Below are positions 25,604-38,312 of a DNA stretch of 64,000 nucleotides, in pieces. How positions within the stretch are numbered: the stretch's first letter is position 1; the number at the start of each line of letters is the position of its first letter. The notes under the pieces are model-generated. The model was not told where the DNA came from, searched no databases, and saw only the letters and a program-made list of their open reading frames with translations. Made by a program: the position numbers and the translations under genes. The stretch comes from Octopus bimaculoides (taxonomy: Eukaryota), in contig NC_068984.1 in the NCBI RefSeq assembly GCF_001194135.2, positions 135,502,731 to 135,566,730 on the forward strand, written 5' to 3'.

Positions 25604-26267
25604 AATCATAAATATACAGGGATTAGCATGAGTTGCTTCTCCAACATACTGAAAATTTAGAAATAGCAGTCAAAGAACTACTGATTCCAAACTACAAATT
25701 TTTTTTCTCTAACGGATGGCGATATTTATGGCACACACAGAACAAGAAACAGATGAGAAAAGCAAAAACAAACCTGCCTTTAGTTAATTGAGTANNNNNN
25801 NNNNNNNNNNNNNNNNNNNNNNNNNNNNNNNNNNNNNNNNNNNNNNNNNNNNNNNNNNNNNNNNNNNNNNNNNNNNNNNNNNNNNNNNNNNNNNNNTAAC
25901 TCATGGGAATTTTGACCATGCGACATCAAAAACACATGAGGAAGGCACTTACAAAATTTATCGGCTAGTACGTTCAAATACTTCACCCTAAAGAATCTAT
26001 TCCATGTGCGCCACAAATAGTCCCGCATAAAAAGTCCCGTATAAAAGGGTTACAGTTTAACCATCCAATTAGAGGCATCAATATAAATATACAGATATAG
26101 GGCAGGGAATCGTCAATTAGTAATAAAATTAATAATTAACAATTTTGCCAAGTAGTTCAGTATGAAAAAACTGTTATCGGTAAAACCATTTATAATCATA
26201 AATATACAGGGATTAGCATGAGTTGCTTCTCCAACATACTGAAAATTTAGAAATAGCAGTCAAAGAA
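25601..26267. repeat. 77-bp perfect direct repeat (25601-25677 and 26191-26267), 590-bp period
   Basis: tataatcataaatatacagggattagc...aaatagcagtcaaagaa identical in both copies; an N gap lies between them. Confidence 0.95.
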
Positions 26268-26311
26268 AAAATTTATATCTATCTATCTATATATGTGTGT
26301 GTATATATATC

Positions 26312-26526
26312 TATGTCTGTGTTTGTCTTTATGTCTGTGTTTGTCCAACCCGTCACCGTTTGTGAACTGGTGTTTGTGCTTATGTTCCCGTAACTTAGCG
26401 GTTCGGCAAAAGGGAGGGATGGAATAAAAAAAATAAGTATTAGGGTCGATTCGTTTCGACTAAAAATTCAAGGTTGTGCCCCAGCAGGGCCACGGTATAA
26501 TGACTGTAACAGGTAAAAGATAAAAG
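26312..26526 (+). mobile_element. Family B SINE 3' half
   Basis: tatgtctgtgtttgtcc...cccgtaacttagcggttcggcaaaag...gggtcgattcg...aggtaaaagataaaag. Confidence 0.85.
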
Positions 26527-27047
26527 CGGTAAAAGATACGGGGGATTTAAATCGTGTTTCCATTTGAACTGAATTATGATGTTAATGAATGTAACACTAG
26601 AGACACTCTTAATGTAAACATTATTGTTAAAAACAAAAACGCTGTTTCGAAACTATGGAGCGGTTCCTTACCTTCCAAGTTATAATTCTCGCTTAGAATT
26701 TTAGACAGATATTGTATTTAATTCTTCCCATCGTACATTGTCGTTAAGGGATACGGAGTTTCGTTTTTGTTATGCTTGATATAACACAATAGCGAAATAG
26801 ACGATCGGAAACAAGTATTGTACGCAGAGCCAACACTTCTTTTTGGTTCATTAGTTGATATATACATACAGACGCATATATAAATACATAAATACATATA
26901 TACGCATATATGTATACATGTGTGGGTGTATTATGTCTGTCTGTATGTAAGTGTTTGTGTATGCATACATAAATATATGTATGTATATATATATATATAT
27001 ATAAATGTACACACACACAGACATATATATATACATATATATACATA

Positions 27048-27440
27048 CGAGGTCTGATCAATAAGTATCCGGATTTTTATATTGACGAAATGTGCTTTTT
27101 GTTGATTATAGTAAAATAAAATTATGACAACAACAATAACTCTCATATTTGTAAAATAAGGCATTTTGAAACAAGAAAAAAGCTAAGTCCAGAATCGTGG
27201 TGACATTCAGTAGAGATGACCCGGAAGTCGTTCCTCTTCGATTACTATCGCAAACAGAGTTAGGTTTCTTCAACAGAATACACGTCGTTGATTGTTTGCA
27301 ATTACCCAAATACGACAGCTTTAACACGAAATAATTCCTAAAATAGGAAATGTTGTCAAAAAAACGTTCAGAAGAAACCGTGTTCTACTTGAGCAATTCG
27401 ACCAGTATTCGAAGTATCGAACTTTTTAGTTGAAAAAAGT
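27048..27440. mobile_element. One end of a mariner-like element
   Basis: TA followed by CGAGGTCTGATCAATAAGTATCCGGA, a mariner-type TIR. The partner TIR is not visible; a gap follows at about 27.57 kb. Confidence 0.55.
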
Positions 27441-28479
27441 TAATAAAAAAATCTATGATTGAGATGGAATAGATCCTATATATATACTAATACATCAGCT
27501 AGTTGATTACCCGTCTTCGTCATTTGTTTTGTTTTTCGTAAATTCCAAATATATATATATATATANNNNNNNNNNNNNNNNNNNNNNNNNNNNNNNNNNN
27601 NNNNNNNNNNNNNNNNNNNNNNNNNNNNNNNNNNNNNNNNNNNNNNNNNNNNNNNNNNNNNNNNNNNNNNNNNNNNNNNNNNNNNNNNNNNNNNNNNNNN
27701 NNNNNNNNNNNNNNNNNNNNNNNNNNNNNNNNNNNNNNNNNNNNNNNNNNNNNNNNNNNNNNNNNNNNNNNNNNNNNNNNNNNNNNNNNNNNNNNNNNNN
27801 NNNNNNNNNNNNNNNNNNNNNNNNNNNNNNNNNNNNNNNNNNNNNNNNNNNNNNNNNNNNNNNNNNNNNNNNNNNNNNNNNNNNNNNNNNNNNNNNNNNN
27901 NNNNNNNNNNNNNNNNNNNNNNNNNNNNNNNNNNNNNNNNNNNNNNNNNNNNNNNNNNNNNNNNNNNNNNNNNNNNNNNNNNNNNNNNNNNNNNNNNNNN
28001 NNNNNNNNNNNNNNNNNNNNNNNNNNNNNNNNNNNNNNNNNNNNNNNNNNNNNNNNNNNNNNNNNNNNNNNNNNNNNNNNNNNNNNNNNNNNNNNNNNNN
28101 NNNNNNNNNNNNNNNNNNNNNNNNNNNNNNNNNNNNNNNNNNNNNNNNNNNNNNNNNNNNNNNNNNNNNNNNNNNNNNNNNNNNNNNNNNNNNNNNNNNN
28201 NNNNNNNNNNNNNNNNNNNNNNNNNNNNNNNNNNNNNNNNNNNNNNNNNNNNNNNNNNNNNNNNNNNNNNNNNNNNNNNNNNNNNNNNNNNNNNNNNNNN
28301 NNNNNNNNNNNNNNNNNNNNNNNNNNNNNNNNNNNNNNNNNNNNNNNNNNNNNNNNNNNNNNNNNNNNNNNNNNNNNNNNNNNNNNNNNNNNNNNNNNNN
28401 NNNNNNNNNNNNNNNNNNNNNNNNNNNNNNNNNNNNNNNNNNNNNNNNNNNNNNNNNNNNNNNNNNNNNNNNNNNNNNN

Positions 28480-28510
<31 letters not shown>

Positions 28511-29928
28511 CTACATACATACATACATACATACATATATACATACATACATACATACATACATACATACATACATGCATGCATAATATTCATTATTCAT
28601 ATGTATTTGCAAATATGGCTTCCAGTTGTTCTGTTATTGACCATCCGCCTACTGAAAAAATTTAAAAACCTTTATGCATCCAAGCTGACTCAGGAAGCCA
28701 ACAATTTTCTTTCCCGGTAATGAAATAGGTGACAAGTGTTTCTCTCGGTGAAGTGCTGTGTAAACTGAACAAAATAGAAATGATTAAAAACGCACGGAAC
28801 CCGGAGAGCAAAATACGTACTTATCACGCTAAGCTATGCATTGCTTGGTGAAAAGTCACATACCTTTACTTATCATCTTGTCACTTGCATCCTACACAAA
28901 CGCGCAGATAATTGCTGTTTCTCAGGAACTATTTAAAAAACCACGCTGATGTCTTTGTTTGCTTACATCTATTCATGCAAGTATATGTGTGTATACGTGT
29001 CTTTGGTTGTAAGTCAATTTCTTTGCGAACTTATGGATATTTATTTGTATGTGGGAAGGAGAAAGAGACAGTCAAATACACATTAATGATTATGGAGTTA
29101 TAAAATATATTTCGTTGCAAAGTTACGACTGTTCGAGCTATTACTCCGAATTATTGAGTGGCTGTCGACGTAGGGAAATTCTCACTTGTCCGAAAAATTA
29201 TTAACATATTTTTTTTCTTGTATGGAAGATGCTGAATAACTTATAGCCTGGTAATGAAATTGTCATTTCAGAAAACAAGTAAGCGGTAATAGGAATCATA
29301 ATATATGATTATATATACGAACATATATATGTAAATAAACGTGAACGATGAAAAACACACGCACGCACACGCAAACACGCCCGCACACACACAAATACAC
29401 ACATACACACAAGCTGGACTTAAAAACAGCAAATTTATCTATTTCTATGGATATTGGAAATTGATAAAAGTATATTTTGAAGGTCTAGTATGAGATCTGT
29501 ACATCATTTGTTTAAATTAAGAGAAAAAATAAGCATCTTATCCATTTTATGCGTTTCTATGCACAAGAAATGGAGTAACATCAATAAATTTGAGTTACTA
29601 ACATTCTTACTACGTGTATATGATTGTATATAAAAATTAAAAGTTTTACGTGAATGTCAGCAAGAGAAATGACTCAAACAAAATTAAAATATTAAACATC
29701 CAAAGATAGAAGGTGACGGTAACCAAAACATTTGAACATTACTTTTGAAATTATCGTGAATTCTTCGATGGGTGATATTTAGTAAAAGCGTAATTTTCTA
29801 CATGCTGACAAGCTGACAACATTTATAATTAATACGTTTTCAATTCACGACGATTTGCAAACGATATAAACATGAGTCCTGGTGACCTGATTAGATATGA
29901 TTATTGAAAACTTGCATGATAGGCACTG

Positions 29929-29994
<66 letters not shown>

Positions 29995-30191
29995 ACACAC
30001 ACACACACACAAAGACACGCACACACACACACACAAACACACACACATAAACACACACACTGAAATATTCAAAGGGCTTCCGTGGAAACTCCAGCTACTG
30101 AATGTACTAAAACACAATAGTTACTAGCAACCGAGTTTATATATACACAAACAAACATACATGCAGACAATACATAGTCAGGAATATGTAG

Positions 30192-30452
30192 TTTCATCTT
30201 TTACTTGTTTAAGTCATTGGAATACACTTACGATGGGTCACCGTGTTGAAATGCTTTACATTCCGAATCGTGTGTATGTAACCTGGATTTTTACCTGCTC
30301 CATTCCCAAAATTTGAATATATGTATATATGATGAGTTTCTTTCAGTTTCATTTTACCAATCAACCGGGGCATTAAAAGGAAACAACTATGCTAGGTGTC
30401 AGGACGTAGGACTGAACGCAGGACTATGTGTGTGAGAAGCTAACGTTCCACC
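30192..30452 (-). mobile_element. Degenerate family B SINE
   Basis: ttttacttgtttaagtcatt tail, ttctttcagtttc, and ggactgaac B-box complement. Confidence 0.55.
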
Positions 30453-30882
30453 AGATAATAGCAACAAATGTTGATGAAAAGAAGTTGCGAAAAGAAATCT
30501 ATTTAATTATCTTCCTTTCTTTTCAAATGTTTGAGGCTTACATAATATTCTATTCTGGATTGTTTTGCTGTATAGATAGTATGAATTTGAACATTTCAAA
30601 TCTGATTGATTGCCTTCAGTGTTTCATGCCGACTTGGTTGTGTATGTATAAGGAATATTGAATCTTGTCTAGAAACAAAATGTAACCTTATTTTTCGTTT
30701 TTGCAATTTACAAGAGGTCCTTTCAAAGTCTCTAAAGCTGTATGTTGTTGAATAAACTCCAAATAAAAAGAATATTTCTTGTAGTTGTACGTTGTATGTT
30801 GCAACGTTTCAATGAACGTCTAGACAACACGTCAGCAGAAAATAAGAACAAAAACAAAATATAGCGATACTAAACCTGATGC

Positions 30883-30946
<64 letters not shown>

Positions 30947-30953
30947 AATAATG

Positions 30954-31008
<55 letters not shown>
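30883..31008. repeat. (AAT)n microsatellite
   Basis: Trinucleotide run; source of the poly-I/L ORFs. Confidence 0.98.
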
Positions 31009-31009
<1 letters not shown>

Positions 31010-31568
31010 TTCAACAACAATGACAGCTAACAAAATAGTAGCGTAAAACCAAAGAAAATTTGAAAGCAACTGACAATCAAACAATAATAAACACAGAATT
31101 TCGAAATATGGCTGTAAAAATATTGTTTCAATATATTATGTTATTATGTGGAAAATAGAAAAATAAAAGATATGTTTGAAAGAAATACTTCTAGCAAATT
31201 GTAACTGGAAAAAAATAAAATGTTGTTTGTTTGAAGAACGTTTCCCGGTGTATTTAAATATCTCTTGTAACAATGTAACAATAATGCTTACTGCATGAAA
31301 ATATATTCTATAAAAGTAAAAAAAAAAAAAAATGTTATGTCAGAAAAGAGTGTTAATCGAATATCTGTTTGGAATCTACAATGATATCAGATTGATCAGT
31401 TTGACACTGAGTAAATAGGAAATTTATGAACATTGATGATTTCCTCTCTCCCTTGAAAGGAAAAATAAACACAATGCATACACAATACGTACATACATAT
31501 GATACACGGTCATAGAAATATAACTATACGTGTATATATATGTATATGTAAATATCAATGTATGTGAT

Positions 31569-31607
<39 letters not shown>

Positions 31608-32404
31608 ATACAAAAATATACACATACAAGGACTATATCGATACTAATTATTGGTGCTTTTGTAGCCTTATGATCAGAAGCCCAAACTGTGTTCACTAAG
31701 CAATATGAATTATGCATGCATACATACATTCATATATGCATACACACACAATGACACAGAGAAACACACACACATATAGATATATACATTATATAATATA
31801 TATATATATATATATATANNNNNNNNNNNNNNNNNNNNNNNNNNNNNNNNNNNNNNNNNNNNNNNNNNNNNNNNNNNNNNNNNNNNNNNNNNNNNNNNNN
31901 NNNNNNNNNNNNNNNNNNNNNNNNNNNNNNNNNNNNNNNNNNNNNNNNNNNNNNNNNNNNNNNNNNNNNNNNNNNNNNNNNNNNNNNNNNNNNNNNNNNN
32001 NNNNNNNNNNNNNNNNNNNNNNNNNNNNNNNNNNNNNNNNNNNNNNNNNNNNNNNNNNNNNNNNNNNNNNNNNNNNNNNNNNNNNNNNNNNNNNNNNNNN
32101 NNNNNNNNNNNNNNNNNNNNNNNNNNNNNNNNNNNNNNNNNNNNNNNNNNNNNNNNNNNNNNNNNNNNNNNNNNNNNNNNNNNNNNNNNNNNNNNNNNNN
32201 NNNNNNNNNNNNNNNNNNNNNNNNNNNNNNNNNNNNNNNNNNNNNNNNNNNNNNNNNNNNNNNNNNNNNNNNNNNNNNNNNNNNNNNNNNNNNNNNNNNN
32301 NNNNNNNNNNNNNNNNNNNNNNNNNNNNNNNNNNNNNNNNNNNNNTATATATAGGTAGATATATAGATAGATGGATAGATAAGTAGACGGATAGACAGAC
32401 AGAT

Positions 32405-33235
32405 TAGGCTTAAGAGTGTTACTGAGATGTCCTACGAGTTTATCTCCACTTCCGATGTCAACATATCGCGCAAAACGGTTTCTCGGAGGTTACGATGTTC
32501 TGGATTGCTTGATCGAGCATCGGTAAAGAAACCTCTGATCTCCAAGAAGAATCGTTTGGACAGAAGAACAGTGGTCGCAGGTTCATTTTAGCGATGAATC
32601 GAAGTTTAATGTGATTGGTTCCAATAGCAGGATATACGTCCGACGAAGAAGTGGCGAAAGGTAATCTCGTGCATGTGTGAAGAAGACAGTGAAATATGGA
32701 GAAAGCGGTGAAATGGTATAGGGAGTGCTCTCTGTTGCTGGTCCTGGTCCACTTATTTGCCTACAATAGAGTGTCAATGCTGAAATCTAGAAGCAAATTC
32801 GTAGACAACTTACCCTTCCACATCTCCGATCCTCAGCAGTTCAGTCTCCTATCTTCGATCTGGACATCGCTCCCTGTCACACAGCAAAGAGAGTCAAAGA
32901 CTTTTTGAGTGATGAAGGCGTTGACCTCGTGGACTATCCACATCAAAGTCGCGATCTCAAACCCTATAGAAAGCGTTCGGAAGATTATTGGAGATGGGGC
33001 ACGAAGGAAGAATCCAAACAACCGAGATGAACTCTGGAAATAATTGAAAAACGAATGAAACAATATTACTCCATCATTTTGCAAGAAATTAATTCAATCC
33101 TGTGGTAACAAATTTCGTGTGGTCATTGATAGTAAAGAGATGTTCACAAAATATTAGTAGTAAGGGTTTCTCTTTTTCTTGTTCCATTTTTCATTGGTTT
33201 TCTAAGTTACTCTTAACATTTGTCCTATGCAGTTT
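32405..33235 (+). mobile_element. Decayed Tc1-family transposon (DD34E transposase pseudogene)
   Basis: ISRKTVSRRL...KKPLISKKNR...WSQVHFSDESKFN...DIAPCHTAKRVK...SRDLNPIE, with 34 residues between D and E; ends MFTKY* at 33155-33157. Several stops, an internal deletion, and the 5' end lost at a microsatellite/gap. Confidence 0.95.
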
Positions 33236-33921
33236 GGAAGACTATTTGTTTATTTCTTAATAACTTACGAAATATATATATCCTATTCACTTGACATTTT
33301 CACGAAAAATAGATATTACATGGATCTAAATATGTGTAAAATATCTAGTCTCAACATGTTGTTAATCTTGTACCATAAATATTTCAATACACTTGTTCTT
33401 ACGACATTGGATGATAGTCCACTTAAACTATTGCAAATCAAAATCTGATGGGAGCTGACGCTCTGAGAAAGGTTTAAATTTCAGGATAAGTGCATAGATG
33501 AAGATATCAAGAGAGGCATTTTAAGAATGCCCGAGAGAAAGTTGTACAAAAACAGCTCTGAAGGACACAGGCTTTTATAGTAGCAGGGGAGAATGCCTGT
33601 GTACGCAGAAAAAAATATTCTAGGTATGAGAACAACGCACCACTTCCCATGAGCTTTATAGAGCGTCTGTAATTGCCTAAGGTTGGGGTATTTTAGGTCA
33701 TTTATTTTCAGTTCTAATCTCAGATATTTTAAGGATGGAATTTCGCAATTAGAGAGGCTTTGTATACAATCTATAGCTTACCATTCAGTGAAAATATGGG
33801 CAAAAATGTGAACAATGAAACTGTACAATTCATTTATTGGATATACTTTTAAGGTTTTAAAAATGCCTAACTCTGCCCACTGTGAATTAACTACATACTG
33901 AAATCTGCCAGGACAAAGAGC

Positions 33922-34126
33922 AAAAGAAAAGATCCATGGTCGAAAAGAAGAATCCAAGCAGGGTTAGACATGCTCTCGAAGGAAATCTCTGTGTTAGACC
34001 GAAAAGAGAAAGGGGAGCTTCAAAGCGAACAGAAAGACGGCGCTGAAAAGGAAATATAATATTGAAAGAAGGGGCATGAAAGTAGTAGTGGAGGAACTGA
34101 AACAGCGCCTCGTTGCAAAGAAAGCA
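33922..34126 (+). mobile_element. Internal fragment of an R4/Dong-type LINE ORF (pre-RT region)
   Basis: KRKDPWSKRRIQ...LDRKEKG, frameshift, ALKRKYNIERRGMKVVVEELKQRLVAK (cf. R4/Dong 'PWKRRL...KY...G...EELKQR'). Confidence 0.75.
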
Positions 34127-36590
34127 GACTATTCAAACGTAGCTCCATACCTGTGTCTATTGTAAATGTTTATGTCTAAAGTTTATTGCCAGAAAACAAA
34201 TTAATATTAGACATAATTAGTATTTTTGCCAAATTAGCTCAATAACGTGATAATGATTTCACAACAAATTAATTTATTGTTGAAAATAGGCATTAATATG
34301 ATTGCCTTTTTTACACCTTCTTTGTAAATGTGTTGCATATAATATAATTTATTTTCATTATGGGTAAATAAAATTGAGAGTCTAATTTACTTCTGGTAGA
34401 CCAGTGTGGGTAAGCATGAAGAATATTTTAAAACATAACGAAATTCGTCTTTATGAAACAGTTGTACAAACGACATAACTATCATATCTAAGACCTATAG
34501 TTAACGAAAGTATACTAACAAGAGTATAATACATAAACATTTCCATGAACTCAATGAGTCAGAAACTCTTGTAGCTTTATGTATTTTGTTTTTGAAGACA
34601 TAAAGGTAAATTATCAAATAAGGCTTTTTGCACACTTTCCCAAGAATCTCCCTATATCCACTACTGAGAAGTTACATTTTTTCTAAATGTTGAAACAAAT
34701 TATCCGGAGCCAAGAATCGTAAAGGAAAATTAAGACGCTTGCCAAAGGAAGTATTGTTCAAGTCTTAAAATTTTCCGGCATTTCACCTGGAAATGTTAGT
34801 GTGTAAAACTTTGGTTTTAAACCGATCGGCGTCTCTGTTAATGCGTTTAGTGAAAATGCTTCTGTCTAAGTGCAGTAATTTCCTTGTCCACGTAACTACT
34901 AATGACGAACTTCTATCTAAATCATAGTTTCTTCCGGCTATGACTATACTAATGAAAACCCTATTTTGCAATATGCCCCTGACAAGTTTACAAATTTTAC
35001 TGACGATGGGAAACCGTACAACAACTGTGTACCTTAATCTGTAAATTCGTTTTGCTACCAATTTGGATGAGAACAAAGCAGAATCCAATTTTAAATATAA
35101 ACTCCCGACAAATCGCCAACGGATATTTTGATCCAATTCGGTTTGCTTAAGTAAATGCAATCAACGAAAATTACTGAATCTTATATTCACCGAACACATA
35201 CCCTTTCATACATCATTCTGGTTCTTGAAAATTGCATGAAGTGCAGCTATTTGCAAGCATATGAAATTGAATTCCAGGGGTTAAGGTTTTCACTAGACGT
35301 AGATGGAGCGTATTTGTACATATATTGCGTGGCATTCTATGATCATTTATTGACCGCTACATGTACGGACTTTGTAAATGTTGCATTCGAATATTGGATA
35401 ATACCTGAGAGGATAAATATAGTATGATGAACAGCCATAAAAATGCATCAAACACGAAATCAATGCATTTCTCAGTACAAATTCGTCATCATGCTGATGC
35501 AAAACACTGGCTATACCAGATAAATTGGATATTTCATTAACACCAGCTTACCAAAAACAGCAAGAAAATAATACTGTCAATACCAATTGGATTGGCTAAA
35601 CTGTATTTAGCGTTCTGAGTCTCATATAATGGCGAAATACAAGACTTTTAGCAAATTGTCGTATGCCATTGAGTGGGAATCTGATTTTGATACCTTTTTA
35701 GGAAACCACTGGAAGAAATATAAATGAAGGTGCCACATATCTGGCAGCACAAATACAAAATAAATTTCTCAATTGTTGTGCAAAAGAAATTAAGGTAAGC
35801 TATGGAGTTGGCCTGAAGGAAAGTGATTCATTTACCAGTGATTGCGCATCAACATTATCTCAACTGTGTTTGTGTGCTTTAAGTCAGTAACGCGTAAAAT
35901 GTCAATGAACTATTTCTAGGGAGGGACGTTGTCTAAACGAGTACAGAATCAGTAAAATAAGAAATGCAATTGTTGTTAATGGCGAAGAGTGGACACATAT
36001 TACTTGTTAAATTACAAGGACATGATGGATGCTCAACCATTAGGCATGGAATGAAACAAGGGTCAGAACAGCAGCAGGTTTTCTACAGAGAGTAAAATAT
36101 TCGTATTACCACTCATATAACATGCAAACTGTGATGGTTAAAATCTGAAAACTGCGTTGTAATAAGGAATGTTAAATCACTGTTATTTAGGATATTATGT
36201 TGTCTTCATTTTCAGGTAGTACTAAAGCTGAAAATGTCATTCGAATTCGTCACTGAAAAAGAAAATAAACATTAAGAGCAATCAATGATGCCTGCGCATT
36301 CTGAAACGAAGTGGCGCATCGAAACAGAGTCTATTTCTTTGACTCATTTTTACAAATAATTACACTACTATATTCCCGTAAATATACGAACCAGAAACGT
36401 AACAGCAGTTAAATTAAGAAACAAACACACTACAGGCCAAATTTGATGTAATTTACAAACATTATGTCGCAACAACAAGTGTCAGTGTTTCACATACGCC
36501 ATGAGCAAGGGTGTACATCTGTTTGTTCGATGTTATTTCGCATGAAGTGGCTGAAAACACATTCTCTGCCGACCCTTTGGAGTCAGTCTT

Positions 36591-36637
36591 TTTGTGACGC
36601 ATTCATTTCATTTGTGACGCATTCATTTCATTTGTGA
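36591..36637. repeat. 20-bp tandem duplication (2.3 copies)
   Basis: tttgtgacgcattcatttca x2 plus tttgtga. Confidence 0.97.
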
Positions 36638-37206
36638 TTTTGTTAAACTATAAACGGTCCTACAAAATTAACAGTAACCCACTGTCTGCCACCTAAGGCC
36701 TCAAAGTTCTTATACATAAAAACAAAATCCTTTTTTCCCGAGATAGCATGCGCTTCTTCGGACTGCTGTGTCTCAATGATAAAACTACCGTTGCAAACCG
36801 CCCTGCAATCCGTAGAGAGGTGAACTGGAGAAATTCGGCAGCACGTTCAGAAAATTCTTGTCTGGATATGGCTGAATAGGTATAAACACATTAAACACAA
36901 TAACCAAACTTTGCCATCAACAATGTGGATCTGTGCTCGAAGGGGCTGCATAGCACCAGTACATTTGACGGATGCGCCACTCGAAAGCTAGCGGAATCGA
37001 CGAACAAGTACACATACGTTAATCAAACAACACCACGGAGAAATTACACTCTCGGGGTTTTACTGTTACTATCAATTCAACAGAGCATATCATTTGCAAT
37101 TTGAGGATCAAAGAAACCATTCTCATTAATAAAGTGAAATTATCGATCAACAACAAAATAGAGCTACATAAGGCGGACTGGTGAATGTATAAAATACTAC
37201 GTTTTG

Positions 37207-37258
37207 CATGTTACAACCCTCACCCATGTTACAACCCTCACCCATGTTACAACCCTCA
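37207..37258. repeat. 18-bp tandem repeat (2.9 copies)
   Basis: catgttacaaccctcacc x2 plus catgttacaaccctca. Confidence 0.97.
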
Positions 37259-37459
37259 AGTATCTGATCAAACGGTTGCAATTCGTCAGCCTGCACCTTA
37301 TTCTCCAGAGGGAGGGGTATTAAACCTGATATATAGAAATATGAGGCAATGTGTAAACAGTTGTTTTGTCTGCTGCACATTCCTTTTCACGCCTCTAGCT
37401 CAATTTTATTGCATTCACTTTTCAACAATTTGAATCTTAACTACATATTTTCTCTCTCC

Positions 37460-37499
<40 letters not shown>

Positions 37500-37809
37500 T
37501 ATACACATATATTTATACATATACATGCACACACTGACCCCCACACATATATTCGTTAACACGTAATGTCAAATTGACATACATAATGATTAACTTCTTT
37601 AGTTCACTGATGGGGGACGTGGTGAAAACTCATCGAATTATCGCGATACCGCGGAAGATAGATGGTGTTAGATATATCTTGCTTTTGTTTCATGATTCCG
37701 TGTTTCAACGCTCATATACGTGGATTAGAGATGATATTTACACCTGGCATACGGATATTTGTAAAAACAAGGGACTTGTGAATTAGAATCCATCTGCTTC
37801 GAAGCAGTT

Positions 37810-37905
37810 TCTATCTACGAAATTCCCCTCACAGGCATCGAGACAACTGAAAGTTATGGAAGAAACAATCCGTCCATGATGCCACTCAGTGGAGTCATGC
37901 ACGCC
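37810..37905 (-). mobile_element. Degenerate family B SINE fragment
   Basis: cagtttctatctacgaaattcccctcacaggc...gatgccactcagtggagt aligns loosely with the 9270-9365 copy. Confidence 0.45.
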
Positions 37906-38257
37906 TATATATGTAGGGAGCGGCCGAGTGAGAGAGAGAGGGATAGGGAGTACAAATGAAAGAGGGTGAGTGAGGCAGATTTACGCACAATAGTAGAAAG
38001 AGTAAATAGTTGGCTCCACAATCATAGGTCTTGGATTTGATTCCACCGATTGACAACACAGACGGATTTTTTCTGCTGTAATACTCAGCCCGTCTCGAAG
38101 CGTGTGTGTATGTGTGTGGTGGGGAAGGAATTGGGTAAGTGGAAGCAGATCGAATGTAATTGTGTATTTATAGCATTGTCTCATTTCTATAAATATTTAT
38201 GCATATCTGTATGTTATGACTATGTCTGTCTGGAAATCCATAGTTATGTATGTAGGA

Positions 38258-38312
<55 letters not shown>

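Noticed and set aside
34783-35427. 125-aa minus-strand ORF and 90-aa plus-strand ORF in non-repetitive-looking DNA
   Set aside because: No recognisable motif. A rough estimate gives a few ORFs of this length by chance in 64 kb, and the plus frame has about ten stops just upstream.
37207-37258. CRISPR-like array (also 36591 and 48741)
   Set aside because: Head-to-tail tandem units with no spacers, no cas genes, eukaryotic context.
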